IMG/VR virus record: IMGVR_UViG_3300020045_010541
Location: 1 to 35,920 of that record
Direction: 5' to 3' (one strand)
DNA: 35,920 bases
Source of the DNA: a virus
Lineage: Duplodnaviria; Caudoviricetes
Shown here: positions 24,893 to 34,271 of the stretch, one piece after another
Layout of the letters: every line of letters begins with the position of its first letter
Position numbering within the stretch: position 1 is the first letter of the stretch
Notes under the pieces: generated by a model
Databases searched by the model: none
Told to the model about the DNA's origin: nothing
The model's input: only the letters and a program-made list of their open reading frames with translations
Position numbers and translations under genes: made by a program

Positions 24893-25699
24893 ATGGGTGA
24901 TAAAAAGAAAACAGGAAAGCATTGGTTCCCACACGATTACGGAGCAAGTCAAGATTTCAAACTGAAACTTTACAAGCGGAAATTCAAACTAAAAGGAATT
25001 GGTGTTTGGTGGAGTTTGGTTGAGATTATGCCGGAATTGGATGAGTTTTCAATCAATTTCCAACCAGAGTCAGACGATTTGTACTTCATTTCTGAGTATG
25101 TTGGTTTGAAAACTTGTGAACTTTTGCCATTTATTCAGGGCATGATTGACTGCGATTTACTTATAATTGACGATAATGGGAACTACTATAATAAGAGAAT
25201 CAGGAAGCACATTATCGAATCGCTTGGAAAAGAAGAGAACTACAAACGAGGTAATGCTGGGAAAAACAAAAAAGATGATGCAGACCCACCCCAGCCCCCA
25301 CGAAAGCCCAAAGAAACACCGGCAGATGTGGATAAAACACCGGCAAAATATCAATCACTTCTGGATTATTGGAACAGCAAGAATATAGTCAACCACGATG
25401 CTGTCCGGTCTGACCTCAAAAAAGCCATTGATAAACGATTGAAAGAGTACACACCGGAGCAGATTAAACTTGCCATTGACCATTACAAAAATGCTGTGAC
25501 GGTTGACGAGTTCTGGCAGACCAGAGCCAAAGAGTGGACGTTTGCATTGTTTCTGAGCCGGGATAACGGTATGCCTAAGTTCCTGACTTGGGAAACCAAG
25601 ACCACACCCAGCGGGCACACTGGAGAACACGAATTGACTGATGAGGAAGCTGCTGCCATAAATCTTGAAAAGCGCAGACGGGCAGGATATAATGTTTAA
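24893..25699 (+). CDS. Replication initiator (Lin1244/Lin1753-like, DUF4373-type N-terminus)
   Basis: WFPHDYGASQDFKL...GIGVWWSLVE N-terminus and YWN...RLKEY...AID C-terminal domain, directly upstream of the helicase. Confidence 0.75.
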   Translation: MGDKKKTGKHWFPHDYGASQDFKLKLYKRKFKLKGIGVWWSLVEIMPELDEFSINFQPESDDLYFISEYVGLKTCELLPFIQGMIDCDLLIIDDNGNYYNKRIRKHIIESLGKEENYKRGNAGKNKKDDADPPQPPRKPKETPADVDKTPAKYQSLLDYWNSKNIVNHDAVRSDLKKAIDKRLKEYTPEQIKLAIDHYKNAVTVDEFWQTRAKEWTFALFLSRDNGMPKFLTWETKTTPSGHTGEHELTDEEAAAINLEKRRRAGYNV

Positions 25700-27035
25700 G
25701 CCTATTGACGACATGAAACATTGCACTTTCCAGGCTGGGATATTATCTTGCATAATAAGCACAAATGATCCGGTCAAGCATACCCTGTTTTTCAATCTGT
25801 TTACTGCTGCTGACTTCACTTATCAAAACCAAAAACTATTCAAAGATGTAAAGGCTGCCTATGATTATGATGGTCATACTGATATGATTTCAGTCTGGAA
25901 TATCATAAACCCGGCAAGCAAAGATGATGATGAAACATTCAAACGATTTATCCACTTGTCTGAGGTTGCCGGATATTTAGTCAGTGATTGCTTATTTATG
26001 CACTATGCTAAAAGGCTACATTTTGAAATCAAGCGCAGGGAAATTAAGTCACTGGCTGCCGGGTTACAAATGGATGCCGATGAAGTTATTGACCTGAAAG
26101 CCGTGCTTGACGAGTTCAATGACAGGGTAAGACAAATCCGGTTTGAGATTGAACAAAACAAACCCATATCTGTTGGTGACAGCATAAGCAAAACTATGTC
26201 AATTTTGGAAGATGAGAAGTCCGGCAAAATTACACACATTTATACAGGGATTTTCCCATTGGACGATAATATGGCAGGATTAAGACCGGGTAACATTTAT
26301 GTCATAGCATCACGTCCGGGAGTTGGCAAGAGTGCAATGGCAATCAATATCTGCAATAACATAGCCAGCCAAAACAAGGCTGTGTTATTTGTGTCTTTGG
26401 AAATGCTGAGTGAAGAGATTGACAAGCGGTTAATCTGTTTGCGTTCCTGGATGGATAGTAAGGAAGGCATTGAAGGCTATAAATTCCAAAAGCCTAAATA
26501 TCTAACAGCATCAGACTTTGCTAAGATGAGTGCTGAATCTGAAAAGATTGCTTTGCTGCCTATAAAATACGCATTTCAAGAATGTAACACACCGGACGCT
26601 ATTGAAGCAGCATATAAGCAGGAAGTGGATTCCGGCGCTGAAATCAGACTGATAATTATTGACCATCTTAACCTGATGAAACACAGTAACCGGAACGAAA
26701 GCAGGCGGCTTGAACTAACCGAAATCAGTCGGGATTTGAAATTGCTGTCTATGAAATACAAAATACCAATCATTTTATTACACCAATTAAACAGACTGCT
26801 TGAGCATAGGGCAGCCAAAGAAAAAGCCCCGACACTTGCCGACCTCCGGGAGTTTGGCGGATTAGAGGAAGATGCGAGCCATGTGTCTTTACTTTGGCAG
26901 CCTGATGAAAAACTGGACGGCATTGAATTGGTAATCCCCAAAAACCGGCACGGCAAAAAGGGGATTGTGAAACTTGACTTTTTCAAAGAAAAGATGCTAA
27001 TAAAAGAGGAGCCAGGATATGAGCCGCAGAGATAA
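25692..27035 (+). CDS. dnaB: DnaB-like replicative helicase
   Basis: ASRPGVGKS, FVSLEM, IIDHL, QLNR, LADLRE and KNRHG motifs. Start placed at ATG 25692. Confidence 0.92.
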   Translation: MFKPIDDMKHCTFQAGILSCIISTNDPVKHTLFFNLFTAADFTYQNQKLFKDVKAAYDYDGHTDMISVWNIINPASKDDDETFKRFIHLSEVAGYLVSDCLFMHYAKRLHFEIKRREIKSLAAGLQMDADEVIDLKAVLDEFNDRVRQIRFEIEQNKPISVGDSISKTMSILEDEKSGKITHIYTGIFPLDDNMAGLRPGNIYVIASRPGVGKSAMAINICNNIASQNKAVLFVSLEMLSEEIDKRLICLRSWMDSKEGIEGYKFQKPKYLTASDFAKMSAESEKIALLPIKYAFQECNTPDAIEAAYKQEVDSGAEIRLIIIDHLNLMKHSNRNESRRLELTEISRDLKLLSMKYKIPIILLHQLNRLLEHRAAKEKAPTLADLREFGGLEEDASHVSLLWQPDEKLDGIELVIPKNRHGKKGIVKLDFFKEKMLIKEEPGYEPQR

Positions 27036-27321
27036 CGACTATCGCATTCCAATCTTGGAAGCGAAGATTGAAGCACAAATTGAAGCAAACAAGGAAGCCG
27101 TCAAGAGCCAGTACAAGTCTATGTTTGGCAAAGACCAGTATGGGGGGGACATGATAGCCTGGCGGCTTTTGCACAATGAGCGGATAGCGTTAATGTTGCT
27201 TACCAACAAAACCGATAAGCAGATGTGCCGGCTGGCAATGGTCAAGGTTGAAATGGACAGGCTGTCTGCTGCGACCAGAGCCGAGACGGATTACCGGATT
27301 GCAACGGGAGAAAGGGAATGA
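27019..27321 (+). CDS. Hypothetical protein
   Basis: GAGGAG RBS, overlapping operon organisation. Confidence 0.65.
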   Translation: MSRRDNDYRIPILEAKIEAQIEANKEAVKSQYKSMFGKDQYGGDMIAWRLLHNERIALMLLTNKTDKQMCRLAMVKVEMDRLSAATRAETDYRIATGERE

Positions 27322-28142
27322 AGCGCATTGAGATGTTTCACGATAGCTTCCAAAACTATAAAGGCTATCAATTACCCAAAGCGCAATTAGTCATTGCTGA
27401 TATACCATACCAATTAGGCAGCAGTGCCTATGGCAGCAACCCGTCATGGTATGTGGATGGTGATAATAAAAATGGTGAGTCCGATAAAGCGAAAAAGTCC
27501 TTTTTTGACACAGACAGCAAAGCCGGGTTTCGCATAACTGAGTTCTTTCATTTCTGCCAAAATATGCTAATTAAAGAGCCTAAAGAAACCGGAAAAGCAC
27601 CCTGCATGATTATCTTTTGTGCATTTGAACAGCAATTTGAACTCATCACCGAAGCCGAAAAATGCGGATTCCCAAACTACATAAACCTTGTTTTTCGCAA
27701 GAACTTTTCTGCGCAGGTATTGAAAGCCAATATGCGGATAGTTGGCAACTGTGAATATGCTTTGGTTTTTTACCGGGATAAATTGCCAAAGTTTAATAAC
27801 GAGGGCAAGATGGTTTTTAATTGCCTGGACTGGTCAAAGGACACGACCACACCGAAACTCCATCCAACGCAAAAGCCTGTCATACTGTTAGAGCATTTGA
27901 TTAGGCTTTTTACCGATACTAATGATGTTGTAATTGACCCGGTTGGCGGAAGCGGAACAACACTATTGGCAGCCGGTAATTTATCCAGACGAGCCTATGG
28001 CTTTGAGATTAAAAAGGAATTTGTCAAAGGGTTTATTGATAAACTCTTGCCTTTGGTCAATGACGATTTATTCACAGCCATAGAGATGAAAGCCATACAC
28101 AACCGAAGCAAGCAATACCGAAATGCGGAGATTGATTTATGA
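27318..28142 (+). CDS. N4/N6 DNA methyltransferase (beta-type motif order)
   Basis: Catalytic DIPY (DPPY variant) near the N-terminus, HPTQKP, SAM-binding DPVGGSGTT and GFEI. Confidence 0.88.
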   Translation: MKRIEMFHDSFQNYKGYQLPKAQLVIADIPYQLGSSAYGSNPSWYVDGDNKNGESDKAKKSFFDTDSKAGFRITEFFHFCQNMLIKEPKETGKAPCMIIFCAFEQQFELITEAEKCGFPNYINLVFRKNFSAQVLKANMRIVGNCEYALVFYRDKLPKFNNEGKMVFNCLDWSKDTTTPKLHPTQKPVILLEHLIRLFTDTNDVVIDPVGGSGTTLLAAGNLSRRAYGFEIKKEFVKGFIDKLLPLVNDDLFTAIEMKAIHNRSKQYRNAEIDL

Positions 28143-28507
28143 AACTGTCAACGCATGACAAAAACTTCTGCTCACTGATGATGGTGCTTGAGATTGTGCA
28201 AAAGTCAGTGGTTGATGAGCTGCTTAGAAAATCTTGGGCTGCCCCAAATCCCAAAGATGAGCAATGGAAAGCAATGAACAAAACCATTAGTAGTCATTAC
28301 CGGGAAACCCAAGAGATAAACAACCAGCTTGAAAACGCATTTAAGAGCATTTTTAACGACCGGGAAATGGATTTGCTGTGTGAGAGTAGCCTGGGTGTTG
28401 CTTGCCTTCTGGAGAAGCAGGATTTGAGCCAAATAGTGGCAGTTCTGCGGGCTGTGGGGATTGACCCAAAAGAGATATTGAAAGCGTATGGAGATAACAA
28501 TGGATAA
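28139..28507 (+). CDS. Hypothetical helical protein
   Basis: GGAG RBS, overlap with the methyltransferase stop. Confidence 0.65.
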   Translation: MKLSTHDKNFCSLMMVLEIVQKSVVDELLRKSWAAPNPKDEQWKAMNKTISSHYRETQEINNQLENAFKSIFNDREMDLLCESSLGVACLLEKQDLSQIVAVLRAVGIDPKEILKAYGDNNG

Positions 28508-28712
28508 ACTTTACTGCCCGTTCTGCGGGTCAGAGATGAAACCAGCAGAGCCGTATATGGGTCAGGGAGAAGCATTATCTCACCCGAAGGCAGATTGCTG
28601 GGCAAGTGGCAACCTGTTTTATCACAAAGACCTTTACAGGCCGTGGGCAAAGCGTATGCCTGCTGATGACAGACATTCTACAGTTACAGCGGATATAGGG
28701 CAAGGAAAATGA
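28500..28712 (+). CDS. Small zinc-binding (Lar-like) protein
   Basis: MDKLYCPFCG...HPKADC...WAKR, GGAG RBS. Confidence 0.6.
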   Translation: MDKLYCPFCGSEMKPAEPYMGQGEALSHPKADCWASGNLFYHKDLYRPWAKRMPADDRHSTVTADIGQGK

Positions 28713-28912
28713 AACAGACTAAATATCGTGGCAAGGTGGTTGACTGCTCTGGCTGTCTGAAAAATACTTGCCGTAGATGTAAGCAGATTGACCGCACAGA
28801 ATTTACTCCGAAATGCAAGGCTTGTGGAAAGTGGCTTGGCAAGAAAACATTATGGCGTAGAGATTGGTGTGTCAAGAACGAGGTCACGGATGCCGACCGC
28901 CAACCCGAATAA
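28709..28912 (+). CDS. Cys-rich basic protein
   Basis: Three CxxC pairs, ATGA overlap. Confidence 0.55.
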   Translation: MKQTKYRGKVVDCSGCLKNTCRRCKQIDRTEFTPKCKACGKWLGKKTLWRRDWCVKNEVTDADRQPE

Positions 28913-29099
28913 TTTCAGGCAGTCATGCACAGACCAGAACTGTGGAAACTGTGCAAATTACAGTTTGGACGGGGTGCATACTTCGCAGGTCTATGCCAGC
29001 ACCCCATGCGCTGTGGATGCGTGGCAAACAAAAAAAGACGCAGGGATAAAAGACAGGTTTGCTAAATATGTATGTGATAAATTTAAGAGGATGATATGA
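28890..29099 (+). CDS. Small Cys-rich protein
   Basis: GAGG RBS before ATG 28890, CGNC...C...VCDKF. Confidence 0.6.
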   Translation: MPTANPNNFRQSCTDQNCGNCANYSLDGVHTSQVYASTPCAVDAWQTKKDAGIKDRFAKYVCDKFKRMI

Positions 29100-29764
29100 C
29101 CGATTTTCAAGTAGTTACACAACACCCACAACTGATAACCTACATAGATTTCCTGCAAAAGAAAAATGCAGAGGCTTTATCGTTTTACCCTAAATGTGTA
29201 TTTGAAAGGGAATCTGAAAAGGGCAGACTGTTTTTAGGGTTGCTCAATAATCAACCTTGTGGATATATCTATGTGGGGTCAAGAGGTGGTGATGTAAAGT
29301 GCCATCAGGTTTGTATTGAATACGATGCCCGCCGGAAACTTTATGGGGCTGTTTTGGTTATGGCAATGGAAAAGTATGCCAAAGGGTCTGACACAATTAC
29401 CTTGCGGTGTGGATTTGATTTAGACGCTAATATGTTTTGGAAAGAATTAGGATATAAGGTGATAAATGTGGTTGACGGCGGTATCAGACGGAAAAGACGG
29501 ATTAACATCTGGAGAAAGTATGTAACAGATGATTTATTCTCTGATTTCCAGGTAGAGCCGGAAACCGGAAAGACATCAGCAACCTTTTGGAGTAAACATA
29601 AACAGACCGGACTTATTTCTCAGTTCCATAGAGGGAACAGCCTATTGCAATATAGACAAAAACTGGAAAGCGAGACTATCGTAAAACCGCAGGATAGGAT
29701 AATTCTGACAGAGAATAATGTGGTTATTCCGATAGACAACCTTGACATCTTTGGTGGCGAGTGA
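29096..29764 (+). CDS. GNAT-family acetyltransferase
   Basis: QVCIEYDARRKLYGAVL (acetyl-CoA motif A) and ITLRCGFDLDANMFWKELGY (motif B). Confidence 0.8.
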   Translation: MTDFQVVTQHPQLITYIDFLQKKNAEALSFYPKCVFERESEKGRLFLGLLNNQPCGYIYVGSRGGDVKCHQVCIEYDARRKLYGAVLVMAMEKYAKGSDTITLRCGFDLDANMFWKELGYKVINVVDGGIRRKRRINIWRKYVTDDLFSDFQVEPETGKTSATFWSKHKQTGLISQFHRGNSLLQYRQKLESETIVKPQDRIILTENNVVIPIDNLDIFGGE

Positions 29765-29792
29765 TGACCACCTGCGAGAAATGGAGGATGGA

Positions 29793-30044
29793 ATGATGGT
29801 TACAACACCGTGCAGATACCGACCTTGGGGATATAACATTTATCTCTGTGGAAAGACTTACAAGAATGGTGATAGCCTGATTGTGCAGACCAAAAGCAGG
29901 AAGCAATTCCATGTGCTTGTCAAATTGGGAATGCTAAGGGTTAGATATTCAATCAAAACAGTTCCAAAGTCAGAAGTATTGTTTGCTAAGCATGACAAAA
30001 CCAATTGGCACATAGAGGAATTGCTTTCAGGATATATGCTATGA
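29793..30044 (+). CDS. Hypothetical protein
   Basis: GGAGG RBS before ATG 29793. Confidence 0.55.
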   Translation: MMVTTPCRYRPWGYNIYLCGKTYKNGDSLIVQTKSRKQFHVLVKLGMLRVRYSIKTVPKSEVLFAKHDKTNWHIEELLSGYML

Positions 30045-30126
30045 CCACCCGTGACAAGCACATCGAGCCTGTGGATAACGAGGTATTGAACTTTGCTAAT
30101 CCTGTGTGCGATAGGGGGATAGCAAG

Positions 30127-30155
30127 ATGCTATAAAATAGTTTGCAGAAAGTCAA
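30127..30155 (-). promoter_or_regulatory. Leftward (antisense) sigma70-type promoter
   Basis: TTGACT-17 nt-TAGCAT on the minus strand. Confidence 0.5.
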
Positions 30156-30164
30156 AGATTTATA

Positions 30165-30193
30165 TTGACAAGATTGTAGTATTACAGGATAGT
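30165..30193 (+). promoter_or_regulatory. Rightward sigma70-type promoter
   Basis: TTGACA-17 nt-GATAGT upstream of the AAGGAG RBS of 30223. Confidence 0.65.
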
Positions 30194-30222
30194 GAAACCA
30201 GATTAACACAAAGGAGTTCATT

Positions 30223-30450
30223 ATGAGAAACCAAGAACGATTGACACAGCGACAGGCAGACAAGAAACGGATGCTTGTTGACCACTTTACTATTGCCGAA
30301 GTTGCTGACAAACTCAATATCGCAGTCAGCACAGTTTGGTATTACATCAAGGACGGCAGACTGAAATCCGTGCAGGTCAAGGGCTTTGTGAAGTCCAGAC
30401 ACTACATAGCCAAAGACGAGTATGCCAGATTTAAGGCGGGTGGAAAATGA
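30223..30450 (+). CDS. Excisionase/MerR-like HTH DNA-binding protein
   Basis: FTIAEVADKLNIAVSTVWYYIKDGRLKSVQV matches the HTH_17 pattern. Confidence 0.8.
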   Translation: MRNQERLTQRQADKKRMLVDHFTIAEVADKLNIAVSTVWYYIKDGRLKSVQVKGFVKSRHYIAKDEYARFKAGGK

Positions 30451-30776
30451 ACAAGATTAACGCAACCTTTGAGGCATTTGGAGAAGTCCGGGAATACGAA
30501 GCCAGCCCGTCTGAGATTATCCAGATTATCGGCGGCGGCAGACCTAACCTCGTGCCACAACACACTGCTGAAACAATCACAGATAATCAGGTCATTAAGA
30601 TTATCCGTTACACCAGCGATAGCGTTTTGCAGGGTGTCCACTACACAGCTTTTTTCAAGGCAGACAACACACAGCATACATTCTTTAGCTCAGAGCGGAT
30701 AGGCAGAATGGTTGAGAACGCATGGGCAAAGTGGAGAAAGGCAGAGATTGGAACTGCCATTGTGGGGCTGGCATGA
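30447..30776 (+). CDS. Hypothetical protein
   Basis: ATGA overlaps on both sides. Confidence 0.65.
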   Translation: MNKINATFEAFGEVREYEASPSEIIQIIGGGRPNLVPQHTAETITDNQVIKIIRYTSDSVLQGVHYTAFFKADNTQHTFFSSERIGRMVENAWAKWRKAEIGTAIVGLA

Positions 30777-31021
30777 AAGAGATAGTGGTCAACATCCTTG
30801 TGTTTATCTTTGGCTGTATTGCCGGAGTAGTGAACTGGATAGCCGAGCCTGACAGATTCGTGCCGATACTTGGCTTGGTCATATCAACATTTATGTGCAT
30901 TGCCTTTTTCCGTGCGGATTTTGTTCCTGCGGTGTATCGTGGGGCTGGTGTGGTGCTGTGTTTAGTGGCAGGGATATACTCAATCGTAATGATAGTCGTC
31001 GAGATTTGGGGTGGGGAATGA
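30773..31021 (+). CDS. Small three-TM membrane protein
   Basis: Three hydrophobic segments, ATGA overlaps. Confidence 0.65.
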   Translation: MKEIVVNILVFIFGCIAGVVNWIAEPDRFVPILGLVISTFMCIAFFRADFVPAVYRGAGVVLCLVAGIYSIVMIVVEIWGGE

Positions 31022-31455
31022 TTAACCGTGATAAACTAAATCAAACGCTATCTGACTTACAAGATAGATTCCAAAGAGCAGAGCCATTGACAATCCCTGT
31101 AAACATAGAAACCATAACCGCCTATCGGTGTCCGGGATGCAAGAAAGTATTTATTTTTCACTTATCAGCAGTCAGGCACATGGCAAAGTGTGTTCGCAAC
31201 CCATCAAACAAAACCTGCCTAACTTGTATGAACAGGATTATTGTGTTGAAAGAAAACGGGGATTTGAATGTCAGGGGTTGTTATGTGGATGATGACCTTG
31301 TAAACGAAGTCAGATATTATGATGATGATAATGCCAACAACACAAATATCGACATAGTGTGGAATTGCGAGTCTCACAAGTTTGGAAACGGATATTTTAT
31401 TCAGGCAGACAGCATTGATGATGCTATCGCAAAGATAGATGAGAGGGACAAATGA
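31018..31455 (+). CDS. Zinc-finger protein
   Basis: YRCPGCKK...HMAKC...NP...CLTC motifs. Confidence 0.65.
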   Translation: MINRDKLNQTLSDLQDRFQRAEPLTIPVNIETITAYRCPGCKKVFIFHLSAVRHMAKCVRNPSNKTCLTCMNRIIVLKENGDLNVRGCYVDDDLVNEVRYYDDDNANNTNIDIVWNCESHKFGNGYFIQADSIDDAIAKIDERDK

Positions 31456-31643
31456 CCTACTTAGATTCCCGTTTCTGGCAAATCTGTCTGGAGTTTTTCA
31501 CGCTGCTGAAGTTTGCCGTTCCGCTGGCAGTCGTTGCTATTGGCAGTATCTATGTGGCATTTCTCATGGCAAAGCACAATGACAAGCGGATTGACATGGG
31601 AGATGATTACAAAATGAATAACGATAAGGAGATAAAGAAATGA
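31452..31643 (+). CDS. Small membrane protein
   Basis: Single hydrophobic helix, ATGA overlaps. Confidence 0.55.
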   Translation: MTYLDSRFWQICLEFFTLLKFAVPLAVVAIGSIYVAFLMAKHNDKRIDMGDDYKMNNDKEIKK

Positions 31644-31897
31644 GTATAGTCGAATGTATGTTGTGCAGAGAAGCACAAGACAACTCTCGCAATGCAGGTC
31701 TGTGTCCTAAGTGCCATAGCAAACTGCCATTGAGTGTATCATCAGGCAACGATGCCAGCGATGGCGTGTTTGAGGAGAAATGCGATAGATGCAAAGGCAC
31801 TGGTCTGAGAAACAATCCCGGAGAATTTAATGGGAAATACTATACAGACTGTCCGCTTTGCAACGGCACGGGCAAGAAACACAATAAAGGAGAATGA
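31640..31897 (+). CDS. DnaJ-type zinc-finger protein
   Basis: CDRCKGTG and CPLCNGTG (CxxCxGxG) plus CMLC and CPKC. Confidence 0.65.
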   Translation: MSIVECMLCREAQDNSRNAGLCPKCHSKLPLSVSSGNDASDGVFEEKCDRCKGTGLRNNPGEFNGKYYTDCPLCNGTGKKHNKGE

Positions 31898-31898
31898 C

Positions 31899-32276
31899 AT
31901 GGCAGACCTAAACAAACCCAGTGGATTCATTGAAGAATCCGGCACATACGAAGCCCATATCTATGATGTGGAAGTAACCGATGATGAGAAAAACACGAAA
32001 GACAACAACAAAAAATACAAGGTGTCTTTTGATACTGCCTTTGGCAAAACCAACAAACTTTATTATGATAACAATAAAGCCCGTTACTTCCTGAAAGTAC
32101 TGGCTCAGGCTTGTAACTTAGCACCGGAAGTGTTATCAAACTTTCAGGGAACTGAACTCATCGGTTGCCATTGCATTATCTGTGGCGTGATGAATGAAAA
32201 AGGTTACTTCCAGATTGACGGAGTACGCCCATCAGAAAAGCCTTTCACATCTCCCGAAGTGCCGGATTGGATTTGA
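31899..32276 (+). CDS. DUF669-like single-stranded DNA-binding protein
   Basis: ESGTYEAHIYDVEV...ELIG...C-terminal VPDWI, AAGGAG RBS, within the recombination cluster. Confidence 0.6.
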   Translation: MADLNKPSGFIEESGTYEAHIYDVEVTDDEKNTKDNNKKYKVSFDTAFGKTNKLYYDNNKARYFLKVLAQACNLAPEVLSNFQGTELIGCHCIICGVMNEKGYFQIDGVRPSEKPFTSPEVPDWI

Positions 32277-32278
32277 TT

Positions 32279-32878
32279 ATGAATCCGGTAGCATTTATTT
32301 CAACGATTGACGAAGCCTACAATATGCTGATTGAGAGTGGCGGGGAAATGACCCCCGCCATTGCAGAGATGCTTGAAATTGTGGACAGTCAAAAAGAGAT
32401 GGCTCTTGAGCATTTCGTTGACAGACGCTTTGACAGAGAGCAGGATATTGCCGCCATACAGGGCAGAAACGCTCTGTTGCAAAAGCAGATTGAAGCCAAC
32501 AACAAATACATTGCTCATCAGGAAAAAGTCATTGAAACAGCCGATGCCTATATCATCAGGATAATGGAAACAATGACAGATGCCAAAAGCAAGCCCATAA
32601 CCAAACTTACAATAAGCGGGCAGCAACTCAAAATCACCACAGGCACATCAAATAAGCTGATTGTGGATGATGCAACCCTTATCCCTGATACTTTCATTAA
32701 GTGCCAGATAACATTCCCTAAAGACCGCTTAGAACTGATTAAAATGGTATTGGATGAAAGCGAACTCAAAAACCTGAAAGAATCGGTTGACCTTGCCGGA
32801 TTGAAATCATCTGGAGTAACCTATCAGGGAACTCACTACGAAACAACCCAAACCAAACACATAAAGAGAGAAGGATAA
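32279..32878 (+). CDS. Siphovirus Gp157-like protein
   Basis: ESGGEMTP, coiled coil, IVDDATLIPDTF...VDLAGLK...GTH pattern, next to ERF. Confidence 0.65.
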   Translation: MNPVAFISTIDEAYNMLIESGGEMTPAIAEMLEIVDSQKEMALEHFVDRRFDREQDIAAIQGRNALLQKQIEANNKYIAHQEKVIETADAYIIRIMETMTDAKSKPITKLTISGQQLKITTGTSNKLIVDDATLIPDTFIKCQITFPKDRLELIKMVLDESELKNLKESVDLAGLKSSGVTYQGTHYETTQTKHIKREG

Positions 32879-34020
32879 TGGAAAAGTCACCAACCATAGT
32901 TGAAATTGCGAAAGCAGTCTGCAAATTCCAGTCAGAGATTGACGGTATCAAAAAGAATGCCAAAGGGAACTTCGGCAGCTATGCAGACTTGGGTGAGATT
33001 TGGGACACCATCAGAGAGACATTGACCAGTAACGGCTTGTCAGTAATTCAATCATCATCACCCACGACATCTACTGTCAGCACAATTGACACACACCCCA
33101 AGACCGGAGTGATAACCAGTGATACAAAATTTGTCACCAATGTAGTTACTGTCCTGATGCACATTAGCGGTGAGTATTGGATGGGAGAACTGTCTATCCC
33201 CTTTGGCAAATGCGACCCACAAGGAATCGGTGCTGCACAAACCTACGGAAAGCGGATTGCTTTACTGGCAATGCTCGGACTTCACGCAGAGGACGACAAA
33301 GACGGCGCCGTCAATGATGACGGAACTGCACCCCCCACCAAAGAGGAACTGCTAAATATTTCAAAGAAAGCCAATGACCTGCTTGCCGAATGTGTTTTAG
33401 ATGACGCAATGAGAGCAGACTATAAAAACAAGATAAAGGAATACTGGCTTGCCAAAAATGTATCGTCATTGGATGCCACAATATCCATTCTGCAAAGCAT
33501 TAAAGACGCACCCAAGCAACAGGTAAAGACAGAAACGAAACCAGAGCCTACTCCTGTTATTGAAAGCCCCGTTGTTGAAACAGATGACTTACCAACTGAC
33601 CCAAACGCAGACAAGCAGGATTTGCCAAAAGAAGTTACTGAAGCATACCGGAAAATCAAAACCCTGTGGGACATGGTAACTAAATACAAAAGCCCACAGT
33701 CAAGACATAACTCAGTCAAGAAGCCTATCCATTTGGGCGTTGACAGCCTGGAACAATGCACTGATGTTGCCAAGCTCAAAGCCTATCATCTGTTTTTGAT
33801 TGGTGAGTATAATGAGCAGAAAAAAGCAGCAGCCCCAAAGCCCACCCTTGACGAACTGAAAGAAACCATCATTGCCTATATCAACAAAGCTGAACTGCTG
33901 AAACCTGATTACGATAAGGAAATGCAGTTGCTTGACGCTCACTATTCCCAAGACAATGAGGAAGGGCTGAAAGAAATGCTTTATCGCTTGCAGAGAAAGT
34001 CAGATGTGCCGTTTGCATAG
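32878..34020 (+). CDS. erf: ERF-family single-strand annealing recombinase
   Basis: YADLGEIWDTIR...GLSVIQ...HISGEY...DPQGIGAAQTYGKRIAL...EDDKDG. Confidence 0.88.
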   Translation: MEKSPTIVEIAKAVCKFQSEIDGIKKNAKGNFGSYADLGEIWDTIRETLTSNGLSVIQSSSPTTSTVSTIDTHPKTGVITSDTKFVTNVVTVLMHISGEYWMGELSIPFGKCDPQGIGAAQTYGKRIALLAMLGLHAEDDKDGAVNDDGTAPPTKEELLNISKKANDLLAECVLDDAMRADYKNKIKEYWLAKNVSSLDATISILQSIKDAPKQQVKTETKPEPTPVIESPVVETDDLPTDPNADKQDLPKEVTEAYRKIKTLWDMVTKYKSPQSRHNSVKKPIHLGVDSLEQCTDVAKLKAYHLFLIGEYNEQKKAAAPKPTLDELKETIIAYINKAELLKPDYDKEMQLLDAHYSQDNEEGLKEMLYRLQRKSDVPFA

Positions 34021-34055
34021 ATGCTTCTGCGGTCGTTTCACGGCTGGTATGTAAA

Positions 34056-34271
34056 ATGATAACCTACAAACCAGTCATAAACTTAGCAGTCAACGATGCG
34101 GGGCATAATGTATGCCCCTTTTGCTCCCAGTATTTACCGACTGTGCATTTCAGCAAGTGGGTGTTGCATGATTTGGGCGGCGGGGTGAAAATTCGCATCT
34201 GCCAATATAACTGTAAAGACAGACCGAGACAACATAAAGCCAAGCAGATTGACTTGGCGGAGAGGATATAA
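34056..34271 (+). CDS. Small zinc-binding protein
   Basis: CPFC and CQYNC motifs. Confidence 0.5.
   Translation: MITYKPVINLAVNDAGHNVCPFCSQYLPTVHFSKWVLHDLGGGVKIRICQYNCKDRPRQHKAKQIDLAERI

Noticed and set aside
30005-30226. 73-aa ORF as a real gene
   Set aside because: It spans the divergent promoter pair and lacks a clear RBS or motif.
30223-30450. Evidence for an integrating temperate lifestyle
   Set aside because: An excisionase-like HTH alone is insufficient. No integrase, att site or CI-like repressor was recognised.
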